62,711 nt of DNA from positions 1-62,711 of the forward strand of contig JABJGI010000148.1 in NCBI GenBank assembly GCA_018662305.1, read 5' to 3'. The position numbers were made by a program, and so were the translations under genes. This stretch comes from Porticoccaceae bacterium (GTDB taxonomy: Bacteria; Pseudomonadota; Gammaproteobacteria; Pseudomonadales; GM7GCV1). Positions 6,475 through 14,848 of the stretch are shown one piece after another (position 1 is the stretch's first letter; every line of letters starts with the position of its first letter). Below the pieces are notes generated by a model. That model did no database searches. It had not been told where the DNA came from and was given only the letters and a program-made list of their open reading frames with translations.

Positions 6475-8586
6475 ATGGATCATCACGCGCTACCTAACGG
6501 CTTCATGCTGTCTGAGTACCGAATCGACAAGCTTTTGGGCGAAGGCGGTTTTGGTCTGACCTATTTGGGTTTTGATACTCATCTGGAAAAGACGGTTGCG
6601 ATCAAAGAATACTACCCAGCGGATTTTGCATTTCGAAAGGATGGTACGACTGTTGTTGCCAAGAGTGATGCCAGCGCGAAGGATTACGACTGGGGGTTGC
6701 AGGCCTTTTTAAGTGAAGCCAAAACTCTCGCCAAATTTACCGATCCAAATATCGTACAAATATTCCGCTTTTTTGAGGCTCACGGCACCGCTTATATGGT
6801 GATGGAGTTCTGTGAGGGCGGAAACCTGAAAGAGCGCCTAACGCCCGATCAGCCCATGAGCGAAGAGGAAGTTAAGGCGTTCATGATTCCTATCATGAAC
6901 GGTCTGCAACTGGTTCATGAGAGCGAGATATTGCATCGCGACATCAAGCCAGAAAACATAATGTTTCGCCGGAATGGCACGCCCGTCCTTATCGATTTTG
7001 GTGCCGCGCGACAGGCGATTGGCGCCAAAAGTCGATCAATCACGACCATTGTTACTCCAGGTTTTGCTCCGATCGAGCAATACAGTTCAAAAGCAGTAGT
7101 GGGTCCCTCAAGTGATATTTATTCCTTGGCTGCCGTTGTATACAACTGTCTGACTGGCCAGAGACCTGATGATGCAATGGATCGCATAATGGTCGATGAA
7201 CTCGATAAATTAGGAGAGAAACCAAACTCCTCAGCATTTTTAAAGTCGATAGACAAAGCTCTGTCCGTTCACGCGGAGCAGCGTCCGCAGAACCTGATTG
7301 ACTGGTATGAAGCCTGGCAAGAGCAAGACGAAGAAGGCGAAGATTCAGTCGCAGCAGAATCTGACCGTTCAATTCGCAAACCGGCAGACCCCACAGTCGT
7401 TATCCCCCGCGAAGAGCAAACTAAAGAAGGGAAAAACAGCGGAGGAAATAATTTCCGCGCACTACCAGTAATCATTATCGTTTTCGTTCTTGCCGGACTA
7501 GGTATTGGGGCCTATAACTTTATGGGCTCACCGGATCCCGACATAACCGATACCACAGGTGAACAAGGCGTCGGGGAAGGAAATGGAGATGTATCTAATG
7601 TGCAAGAAACTGTTGCGGAAGAAATATTACCAACTTCCTCGTCGGAAGAATCTGAGGCTGAAGCCCTGCGCCAGCTGGTGATGGATGTACAGTCCGAATT
7701 GCTGCGATTGGGCTATGACATCGGCACCGCAGATGGTGTTTTAGGTGCGCGAACTACCGCGGCGGTCGGTTATTTTCAGGCGGCTACCGGAACGACGGTG
7801 GACGGTGAAATTGACGAGGTTTTGTTATCTGCCCTGCAATCCACACAAAGCCGCCCCGGGCCTTCACCAGGCGACAGCATTCAGGACTGTGATGAGTGCC
7901 CGCAACTGGTTGTCATCCCAGAAGGAAGTTTCGACATGGGCTCCAATTCTGAAGGGGAAAGCGAGCGGCCTCTAACTTCGGTCAGTATTCGCCAGCCCAT
8001 TGCTATTGGTGTCTATGAAGTTACTTTTGACGAGTGGGGCACTTGCATTCTCGAAGGCGGTTGTTCGACAAGACCCTATTCAGAAGGTTGGGGCCGAGGT
8101 ACTCGCCCGGTGATGAATGTGAGTTGGGAAGATACTCAGCAATATCTTGCCTGGCTAAATAATAAAACCGGTGAGTCCTACCGATTACCCTCAGAAGCAG
8201 AATGGGAGTACGCGGCACGTGCCGGCACATCTACAGATTATTTCTGGGGTACTGATGTCGGTTCATATCGAGCCAACTGTGATGGTTGTGGCAGCGAGTG
8301 GGACAATGAACAAACGGCGCCAGCCGGAAGCTTCTCACCAAACAATTTTGGTCTCTATGACGTTCATGGCAACGTCAATGAATGGGTACAGGATTGCTGG
8401 TACGACAATCACGCTGGGGCTTCCGGAAATGAGGCAGCCCGAGAGTACAGTGGCTGTACTGACCGCGTATACAAAGGCGGATCTTGGTATAGCTACGCTG
8501 AGTTTCTGCGAGTTAGCAACCGAACCCCACAGGCCGCGTCAGAAATTCGCTCCTGGACTGGATTTCGTGTCGTTAGAGACCTCTAA
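6475..8586 (+). CDS. Hanks-type Ser/Thr kinase - TM - peptidoglycan-binding domain - FGE/SUMF1-like domain
   Basis: 703 aa. GEGGFGLTY, VAIKEY, HRDIKPENIM, DFGAAR, GFAPIEQY. TM LPVIIIVFVLAGLGIGAY. PG_binding-like LLRLGYDIGTADGVLGARTTAAVGYFQ. C-terminal FGE-type CDECPQLVVIPEGSFDMGS...YRLPSEAEWEYAARAG...GLYDVHGNVNEW...KGGSW...GFRVV. Confidence 0.85.
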   Translation: MDHHALPNGFMLSEYRIDKLLGEGGFGLTYLGFDTHLEKTVAIKEYYPADFAFRKDGTTVVAKSDASAKDYDWGLQAFLSEAKTLAKFTDPNIVQIFRFFEAHGTAYMVMEFCEGGNLKERLTPDQPMSEEEVKAFMIPIMNGLQLVHESEILHRDIKPENIMFRRNGTPVLIDFGAARQAIGAKSRSITTIVTPGFAPIEQYSSKAVVGPSSDIYSLAAVVYNCLTGQRPDDAMDRIMVDELDKLGEKPNSSAFLKSIDKALSVHAEQRPQNLIDWYEAWQEQDEEGEDSVAAESDRSIRKPADPTVVIPREEQTKEGKNSGGNNFRALPVIIIVFVLAGLGIGAYNFMGSPDPDITDTTGEQGVGEGNGDVSNVQETVAEEILPTSSSEESEAEALRQLVMDVQSELLRLGYDIGTADGVLGARTTAAVGYFQAATGTTVDGEIDEVLLSALQSTQSRPGPSPGDSIQDCDECPQLVVIPEGSFDMGSNSEGESERPLTSVSIRQPIAIGVYEVTFDEWGTCILEGGCSTRPYSEGWGRGTRPVMNVSWEDTQQYLAWLNNKTGESYRLPSEAEWEYAARAGTSTDYFWGTDVGSYRANCDGCGSEWDNEQTAPAGSFSPNNFGLYDVHGNVNEWVQDCWYDNHAGASGNEAAREYSGCTDRVYKGGSWYSYAEFLRVSNRTPQAASEIRSWTGFRVVRDL

Positions 8587-8628
8587 TTGAGCGAATGGGG
8601 TGACATACCTCTGAAATACCTCCCCTTG

Positions 8629-9648
8629 TTAGTCTGAAGCTCGCAAGAACATGCTTGCCGCTTCAGGGTCGCAGTTATAGGGCTCGGGAACTACGTGGGG
8701 GGAATAGATCAATTCGCGTGCGTGGCGAATAGGTGATGCCATGAATTCAGGGTCTTCGACAACAAATTCAAGGGCAATACGCTCTCCATTATCAATTAAC
8801 CTATAACGCTCCACGACGCGCTTCTGCGCGCCAGAGGGAACGCCAATTTGGTAAGGCGCACGGTGATCGGTGAAATTTGCCGTGTTGACCACTAGCGTGT
8901 CACCTTCCCAGTGACCGATCGAATGACCTGTCTGGAAACGCTCACTGATGTCGGGATGCCCACGACCATCCATATGGACGACCCGAACCTCGTCCCAATA
9001 TTCTGTTTGGATGAGGATAGTGTCTTCATCTTGAAAAACGAATTCGATAGGGAAGAGAGTGCTTGAAAGGAGCATTCCTGGTGTCGGTCGACCGACGCAG
9101 CCCGCCATAGGATTTTCGGCGGACAGAGGTTCAAATGCCTCCAGAGCAGCGCGTCCCTTTTCGGTCAGTTCGATGTGAGCCAGAATAAATGCGTCAAATT
9201 CGAACTCACCGTCCGGCAGGCTAGCGTGATCGGTCATCCACAATCCCTCTAGGGTTGTTGCAGCAGCCTGAACAGCGGGCGTATAAAAATTCACGCCTGA
9301 AATCATGCCCTGTTCTAAGTCGACTGAGTCGACCAGACCGTAAGGACGACCATTGACCGCGGCGTGCACTCTCGTCACCACCTGGTCTCCGACACTCAAG
9401 GTGTTCTCCGTCCATCCCATACGCGATGCGGAAGGGATTGAACCCAGTTGCATGGACCACTCCTCGGTCTCACCAGATTCCCCCATTGTCTCGAGCGTGA
9501 AATATGCGTGGGGATTACGCCAATAGAACCCAGTGATGCTTCCTTCAAAGCTTGTGAGGTTCTCCATATCCAAACCTGCATCGCTGTGATGTGCGCTTGC
9601 GGTTGCCGCAAAAAATAAAGCCAGGCTGCATAAGATTAGGGTTTTCAT
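8629..9648 (-). CDS. secreted HH-NPH family protein, long form (P1; DUF6152-like N-terminal module, recalled from memory)
   Basis: 339 aa. Signal peptide ending ATASA then HHSDAG. WRNPH. C-terminal GHSIGHWEGDTLVVNT, VVERY, EDPEF, two Cys in the mature part. AAGGAG upstream. Confidence 0.7.
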   Translation of the reverse strand: MKTLILCSLALFFAATASAHHSDAGLDMENLTSFEGSITGFYWRNPHAYFTLETMGESGETEEWSMQLGSIPSASRMGWTENTLSVGDQVVTRVHAAVNGRPYGLVDSVDLEQGMISGVNFYTPAVQAAATTLEGLWMTDHASLPDGEFEFDAFILAHIELTEKGRAALEAFEPLSAENPMAGCVGRPTPGMLLSSTLFPIEFVFQDEDTILIQTEYWDEVRVVHMDGRGHPDISERFQTGHSIGHWEGDTLVVNTANFTDHRAPYQIGVPSGAQKRVVERYRLIDNGERIALEFVVEDPEFMASPIRHARELIYSPHVVPEPYNCDPEAASMFLRASD

Positions 9649-9696
9649 CGTCGCTCTCCTTTAGTGAGGCTTCATCTCGCTAGATCAGAAAATCAC

Positions 9697-10617
9697 TTAT
9701 CCGAGTGAATGGAAGTGTTCAAACATCCTTTGTCGCATCGCTTCGTCGGGCAGACGTCCAAATCCTGAACTCATATTGTCTAGGGCGTAACGGGGGTTTC
9801 TGGTTTCCGACAGGGCGCATGTCACAGCGGGATGAGAGAGGATGTATTTGAGTGAAAACTGGGCCCAGGAAGTACAATCGAATTCCGCTGCCCAATCTGG
9901 AAGTTCGTGTCCAGCTACCGTGCCAAAGTAGGCGCCATTAACAAAGGGCCGGGTGGTTATCACGGCGACGCCGTTCGCCATTGCCGCAGGCAGAACACGG
10001 TTCGCCGCGTCAGGCTGAAGCATGGAATAGTTGACCTGCATAATATCCAATTCGCCGGCCTCGATAAGTTTCAGAGTTTGCTCTTCTTCTACCTGGTCAG
10101 TGGTATGAGTTATGCCAATGTAGCGCGTTCGTCCCGCATCCTTCCAATCTTTAAGAGTGGGCCAATGGTTGTCCATATCCATCAAGAGGTTGACCATTAA
10201 AAGGTCGGCGGGATTTTTACGCATCGAACGCTGCAATATCTCAAGGTGCTCAATTCCCTCCTGTTTTCCAGTCACCGTGATTTTTGCAGAGAGAAAGGTC
10301 TCGTCCAGCACGTCCATCTCTTCGAGAAGAGAGCCCAAAACCGGAATTCGGCCCCGCAGAATCGAAGGGTTATCTATCACTTTTCCACCCATCTCAAGCA
10401 TGGTCTGAACTACGGACATAGGTACTTCCTTGCCGCCCTCCGGAAGTTCCATAAACACCGGTGAGGAGCCGAGCCCGCACACAGGTAACTCCTCGCCAGT
10501 TTTGGGTATCGCCCGTCTGCGCATGCTCTCCTGAGCTAGTGCAGGAGTTGGCAGCGTTGCAGCAACTGTGGAGGCTGCGCTAGCTGAAAGAAATTGTCTT
10601 CGGTTAAAGCTATTCAT
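9697..10617 (-). CDS. Tat-signal aldo/keto-reductase-fold protein
   Basis: Start moved to the internal ATG (MNSFNRRQFLSASAASTVAATLPTPALA), 8 nt after the stop of the upstream gene. Twin-arginine motif RRQFL. AKR-like (beta/alpha)8 motifs FLSAKITV, YIGITHTT, ITTRPF, SETRNPRYALDNM. Confidence 0.65.
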   Translation of the reverse strand: MNSFNRRQFLSASAASTVAATLPTPALAQESMRRRAIPKTGEELPVCGLGSSPVFMELPEGGKEVPMSVVQTMLEMGGKVIDNPSILRGRIPVLGSLLEEMDVLDETFLSAKITVTGKQEGIEHLEILQRSMRKNPADLLMVNLLMDMDNHWPTLKDWKDAGRTRYIGITHTTDQVEEEQTLKLIEAGELDIMQVNYSMLQPDAANRVLPAAMANGVAVITTRPFVNGAYFGTVAGHELPDWAAEFDCTSWAQFSLKYILSHPAVTCALSETRNPRYALDNMSSGFGRLPDEAMRQRMFEHFHSLG

Positions 10618-10625
10618 CACAGATC

Positions 10626-11654
10626 CTATTGGCTGTCCGTGGCACATTGATAAGGTTTGATTTCTTCACCAGGAACCCAAGGGAAAACTTGTTCCTGTAC
10701 AACGGGCTCGGTAAAGGTATTGGGATCATTGATAGTTGCTTGCCAATGTAGGCCGGTTTCGTCTTCATTGACTGTCCATCGTTCCATAACATGCACTTCG
10801 TTAGACATCGGCGTGCCTCTGTCATCAAATGATTGAGCTTGAATATTGGTTGTTTCAACAACCAAAGTGTCGCCTTCCCAGTGTCCTACTGAATAGCCCT
10901 CGCGTGACGCCGGGAATTCAGCTGCGACGGAAATGTCTCCTCCCATGTGGATAGTGCGCACCGTATCCCATGATTCCAAGCGCAAGATGATGTCGTCGCC
11001 CTGCTGGCTAAATTCAATAGGCATGGAGACGTCCATAACAGCCGGCATGGCAGTGGGAATGCAGTTTAAAACAGGGTCTTTCGTAGGGTCGTAGGCTTCT
11101 TTCGACGCGGCTGCCGATTCAGTTAGAGGCAGTGGATCGTTGAGGTTTCGAACAAAGCCGCGAGACCAGGTGCGGAAAATGCCGTCCGCCTGAGCGATGT
11201 ATTCCTCAATATTTCGAGTTTCGATCTCCGGAACTGAGATGACCAGCTCCCGATCGGGCCAGCGACGTTCGGGAGGATTTCGAGGCCACAAGATAACCTC
11301 GAATTGATCTGCTACCAGGAGGTTGTAGGCGCGCATTTGATTACTGGCACGTCTGGCTGGTGGACCCCAAAAAGAAACAGTATCACCAAGGCTAAGTGTG
11401 TCCGGGCTTACACCCAGTCGTTCCAGCTGGTTTACAGCATTGCTTTCCACAATCCACTCTTCTTCCTGACCACTTTCGTTTGTGACTGTCAGAGTGAAAG
11501 ATGAATGCGGATTGCGCCAGGCGGCATCGGTTACCACTCCGGAGATCTCGACGCGCGAGTCGCCATCAAAAAATACCGCGCCGGAATGATGCGCATAAAG
11601 TTCGGGGGCAACTAGAAAGAGACCGGTAATGATGGCTGCTGAGATTAGTTTCAT
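10626..11654 (-). CDS. secreted HH-NPH family protein, long form (P2)
   Basis: 342 aa. ...PELYA then HHSGAV. WRNPH. GYSVGHWEGDTLVVET. Conserved Cys pair (VLNCIPT, YQCATD). Confidence 0.7.
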   Translation of the reverse strand: MKLISAAIITGLFLVAPELYAHHSGAVFFDGDSRVEISGVVTDAAWRNPHSSFTLTVTNESGQEEEWIVESNAVNQLERLGVSPDTLSLGDTVSFWGPPARRASNQMRAYNLLVADQFEVILWPRNPPERRWPDRELVISVPEIETRNIEEYIAQADGIFRTWSRGFVRNLNDPLPLTESAAASKEAYDPTKDPVLNCIPTAMPAVMDVSMPIEFSQQGDDIILRLESWDTVRTIHMGGDISVAAEFPASREGYSVGHWEGDTLVVETTNIQAQSFDDRGTPMSNEVHVMERWTVNEDETGLHWQATINDPNTFTEPVVQEQVFPWVPGEEIKPYQCATDSQ

Positions 11655-11687
11655 TGCGGATTTATCCTATGGCGTGTCTTGCTTGTC

Positions 11688-12707
11688 TTACTCCGAAAAA
11701 CGTTTGGCAGAATCGACTTCGCATTCGAAGGGCTGAACGGAGACGCCCGTTGCGGCGCGGTTCATGATCATGCTCCCAGTATAGAGATCTGTGAGATATA
11801 CCGGGTCTTCAATATCGTAATCGAGTGTAAGCACCTGCCCATCTTCGCTGACTGAATATCGCTCAACCACCCGTTTTTGCTCACTTGATGGGATATCTGC
11901 AGGAGGCCCCTTAGGTTGTGCTTCAGATGAAAGCCCCCAACGAGAAGCCGGATAAGCCTGACTTTCAATCACCATGACATCTCCTTCCCAACTGGCAGCA
12001 GCTACTCCCATATAACCGGTAGGATCGGCTGGGATAGGATCGGAATCAAAAGGAATGGTTCTGGTTATGCCGTAAGCCTCGTGCACAAAAATCACTTTTT
12101 CATCATCGATCTGAATATCCGTCAGATAGGGTGAAAGCTGGAGATCTGGAATGGAGAAGGGCTCACAGGTTGTCGCGGGCGAAAGGGTATGGTCGTAGTT
12201 CTCCGCAGCGATTTGTCCAGCTTCGTTCAGAGGTAAAGCCGGTTGAGGGTTCAGGAAGGGCAGGGGCGATGTCCACATGCCTTCGATGCCCATTCCGGCT
12301 TCTTCTTGGGCTGCTTGCGCGGACAGGTCAGGGTGCTCCCCGTAAACCGCACCAGATACTGCGGTCATGGCTCGACCGTAAACTAGGTTTCTTCCTTCTA
12401 CTCGGTTCGGCCACACCACTGCGGAGACATTGTCTCCCGGGCTAAAGGTACTCTGGGCAATACCCATACGCCGTAACATGATGCTCGAGGGGAGTTCGAC
12501 CTCCCAGACAAAGGTTTCACCGCGCTCATCTAGAGACTCGAGCGTGAAAAAAGAATGCGGATTGCGCAAATTAAAATCGGTAACAATACCTTCGATCTCC
12601 ATAGTCCTGCTGGGATCAAAATGCATGGCAAAAGCGTGATGAGATTGCGCTGTTGAGCAAAGCAAGCTGACTACGACAGCTAAGATCGAGAACAGAATGG
12701 CCTTCAT
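11688..12707 (-). CDS. secreted HH-NPH family protein, long form (P3)
   Basis: 339 aa. ...TAQS then HHAFAMHFD. LRNPH. SWEGDVMVIES. VVERY. Cys pair (TTCEPF, FECEVD). GGGGGAAG upstream. Confidence 0.7.
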   Translation of the reverse strand: MKAILFSILAVVVSLLCSTAQSHHAFAMHFDPSRTMEIEGIVTDFNLRNPHSFFTLESLDERGETFVWEVELPSSIMLRRMGIAQSTFSPGDNVSAVVWPNRVEGRNLVYGRAMTAVSGAVYGEHPDLSAQAAQEEAGMGIEGMWTSPLPFLNPQPALPLNEAGQIAAENYDHTLSPATTCEPFSIPDLQLSPYLTDIQIDDEKVIFVHEAYGITRTIPFDSDPIPADPTGYMGVAAASWEGDVMVIESQAYPASRWGLSSEAQPKGPPADIPSSEQKRVVERYSVSEDGQVLTLDYDIEDPVYLTDLYTGSMIMNRAATGVSVQPFECEVDSAKRFSE

Positions 12708-12972
12708 TTGCTTCCCCCAAGCATCATTGAACCAATTGGTAAGTGTGACTTGATCGCTAAAATTTGCAACCGAGCCTAATGCTGTTCCTTTCCCGAGAAA
12801 TCATGCGCCAAAGAGTCCCTTTGTGTCAGGATTTAGGGTCCAGGTCTTCAGAGTTTCTTAACAACCCTAATGCCGTCCTTATGCTAGTATTTTTGCGTGG
12901 CCTGCCGAAGTTGTTCTTCTGCAGGCGTATGGTTTAACCCTTCGGTATCCACTCCAACAGAGGAATAGTTAA

Positions 12973-13443
12973 TTGAAAAAACTGATATCCGCACTCACCT
13001 TTTTAACCCTCACTTTCTTCGGCTCGAATGCCTTTGCTCAGTACTCAGAGTACGGAGATCCCATTGGCACTGAGTTGGCCAAGGAAGCAGCAGCTGCGGC
13101 GCTAGCTGTTGTCGAGGAGAACGGATGGCAGATGGCTGTTTCGGTTGTCGATCCTTCCGGTAATCTTGTCTACTTTGAGAAAGTAGATGGCACTCAGCAT
13201 GCCTCCATTGAGATCTCAATGGCCAAAGCACAAGCTGCTGCCGGTTTTAGACGACCATCTTCAGTCTGGGTAAACGTTATTGCGAATGTCCCCTCCATTA
13301 CTACATTGCCTGGCGTTGTAGGCTCACCTGGTGGAGTTCCTATCGTAGTTGATGGCGCGGTCATCGGCGCTATCGGTTGTTCAGGAGCGACTGGCGAGCA
13401 AGACGGCATCGCCTGTGACGCGGGTGCTGCAGCAATAGACTAA
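12973..13443 (+). CDS. exported GlcG/HbpS-like (DUF336) protein
   Basis: 156 aa, TTG start. Signal peptide LTFFGSNAFA|Q. WQMAVSVVDPSGNLVYFEKVDG...ISMAKAQAAA...GGVPIVVDGAVIGAIGCSGATGEQD is typical of the GlcG/DUF336 family. Confidence 0.65.
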   Translation: MKKLISALTFLTLTFFGSNAFAQYSEYGDPIGTELAKEAAAAALAVVEENGWQMAVSVVDPSGNLVYFEKVDGTQHASIEISMAKAQAAAGFRRPSSVWVNVIANVPSITTLPGVVGSPGGVPIVVDGAVIGAIGCSGATGEQDGIACDAGAAAID

Positions 13444-13483
13444 GACACTAAATGAATATCTTGGGCCTGTGTGATGTCCAGGT

Positions 13484-13517
13484 AAAAAAAAGCCCTACCA
13501 AGTTGGTGGGGCTTTTT
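13484..13517. terminator. bidirectional intrinsic terminator between convergent genes
   Basis: A-run, stem GCCCTACCA / TGGTGGGGC (one G-U), 3-nt loop, then TTTTT. Confidence 0.6.
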
Positions 13518-13568
13518 ATTTAGGAGTTTTTATTTAGGGCTTCCCCCTAGGCTATTTTTTGAGCAAGG

Positions 13569-14528
13569 CTATTGAGGATTGCATTCGTAGGAATAAAGTT
13601 GCAGCTCTGGGGAATACACCAGAGTGGTTTGGCCCCTAAAGGGTTCTGAGAGATATTCCGGATCTTCAAACCAGATATCGACAATGGCCCGGGTGCGGTC
13701 TTCGCTAAGAGAATACTTTTCGATGACATGTTTGCCCGCGGTTGAGGGAAGGCCGAAAAACGCTCCGCCGATTCTGTGATCTGCCAGCAATCGAGTCTCG
13801 ACTACAAAGACATCATCTTCCCACCAACCAATGGAATGCCCCTGTGGGGTTCGTGCGCCATTTTCTGGATGAGTCCTTCCATCCATGTAGATAGTGCGCT
13901 CTACATCGAAAAATTCGTTTCTAATAAATGCAGCGTCCTCCGCGAATTCTATCTCTGTGAGGTAAAGAGCGTTTGAATTCAAGAAGGGAGGCGGCAAGGG
14001 TTCGCAGCGTAAGTTTTGCGTATGCGATGACTCCTCATATGCGCGCTCGGCTTGCGTACCCGCCTCTGTAAACTGAAAGCTGGTGTTGTTCAGGCTGAGC
14101 TCGGTTGAAGGCTCACCACGCCATACGCCCTCAATGCTTTCCGCAGCTGCAGTTACTTCAGGCGCTTCTTCCACCTGAATCCAGGTGTTTCCGTCTGCAG
14201 ACTGAATGCTGTTAAGAATAGCCTTTAGCTGACCGGTTTGAGCTGGGTGTGCTCTGACCTGAATCGCGTCACCCACCGCAAATAATTCTTCCGACCAGCC
14301 ACTTCTTCGCATTATGGGAGTCGATCCCGTCTCAATTTCCCATTGGCGGCGATCACCTTCTTCTTCCTGAACAAAAATGGTGACGTGGGGATTTCTGAAC
14401 TCGAATCCCACAACGGTTGCGTTAAAAGCGACAAGCTGACTGCGGTCATAAATAGCGTCGCTGTGGTGCGACCAACTAGCGCTTGCTATCAGACAACCGA
14501 GAACAATGAGATAGCTTTTCAGGAACAT
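13569..14528 (-). CDS. secreted HH-NPH family protein, long form (P4)
   Basis: 319 aa. ...SASWS then HHSDAI. FRNPH. GHSIGWWEDDVFVVET. VIEKY. Cys pair (LRCEPL, YECNPQ). Confidence 0.7.
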   Translation of the reverse strand: MFLKSYLIVLGCLIASASWSHHSDAIYDRSQLVAFNATVVGFEFRNPHVTIFVQEEEGDRRQWEIETGSTPIMRRSGWSEELFAVGDAIQVRAHPAQTGQLKAILNSIQSADGNTWIQVEEAPEVTAAAESIEGVWRGEPSTELSLNNTSFQFTEAGTQAERAYEESSHTQNLRCEPLPPPFLNSNALYLTEIEFAEDAAFIRNEFFDVERTIYMDGRTHPENGARTPQGHSIGWWEDDVFVVETRLLADHRIGGAFFGLPSTAGKHVIEKYSLSEDRTRAIVDIWFEDPEYLSEPFRGQTTLVYSPELQLYSYECNPQ

Positions 14529-14848
14529 CGGTAATCTCCAAATTGAATCGATCGAAGATTGTATGTCGCCAAGCTAACTTTGTCAGTTTGTGAGCTTATG
14601 AAAGTGCGAGCTGGCTGCACTAGGAGTCGCCGAGATTCAGTGATTCTTTTTCATCCAAGGAAGAGGTTGGATTCGATGGTTCTGTTTTGTGTTCAGTCTT
14701 CAGCGTTCAGGTTTCAAACTTCGGTAACTAAGACTAACCACCTGGTCAAATCTGCTTCAATGGTCACACCTCGTTAGGGCACTTATACTTTCTGCCTTGT
14801 TGCATTCCATACTCACGGGATGCCCGTCTATCAAAACGAGAATTATTT

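Noticed and set aside
262-8586. The FHA/PP2C/kinase operon as the post-translational regulator of a type VI secretion system (Fha1/PppA/PpkA).
   Set aside because: No TssA-M, Hcp, VgrG or ClpV genes occur anywhere in the window. The kinase lacks the PpkA-type vWA domain.
7850-8586. The kinase C-terminal FGE-like domain as the maturase for the sulfatase at 58403-59893.
   Set aside because: Both catalytic Cys positions of FGE are absent (KGGSWYSYAEFLRVSNR), so it is more likely a sensor domain.
8171-8590. A 139-aa alternative-frame ORF at the 3' end of the kinase gene.
   Set aside because: It lies entirely within the well-supported FGE-like domain coding frame.
8629-14528. The N-terminal His-His read as an ATCUN (amino-terminal Cu/Ni) motif.
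   Set aside because: ATCUN requires His at mature position 3, whereas here the His residues are at positions 1 and 2. A His-brace-type site is the better analogy.
14559-14777. A 72-aa ORF in the 320-nt gap between P4 and the first cytochrome c gene.
   Set aside because: It has no RBS and an Arg/Cys/Ser-rich composition with no motif. The gap more likely holds divergent promoters.
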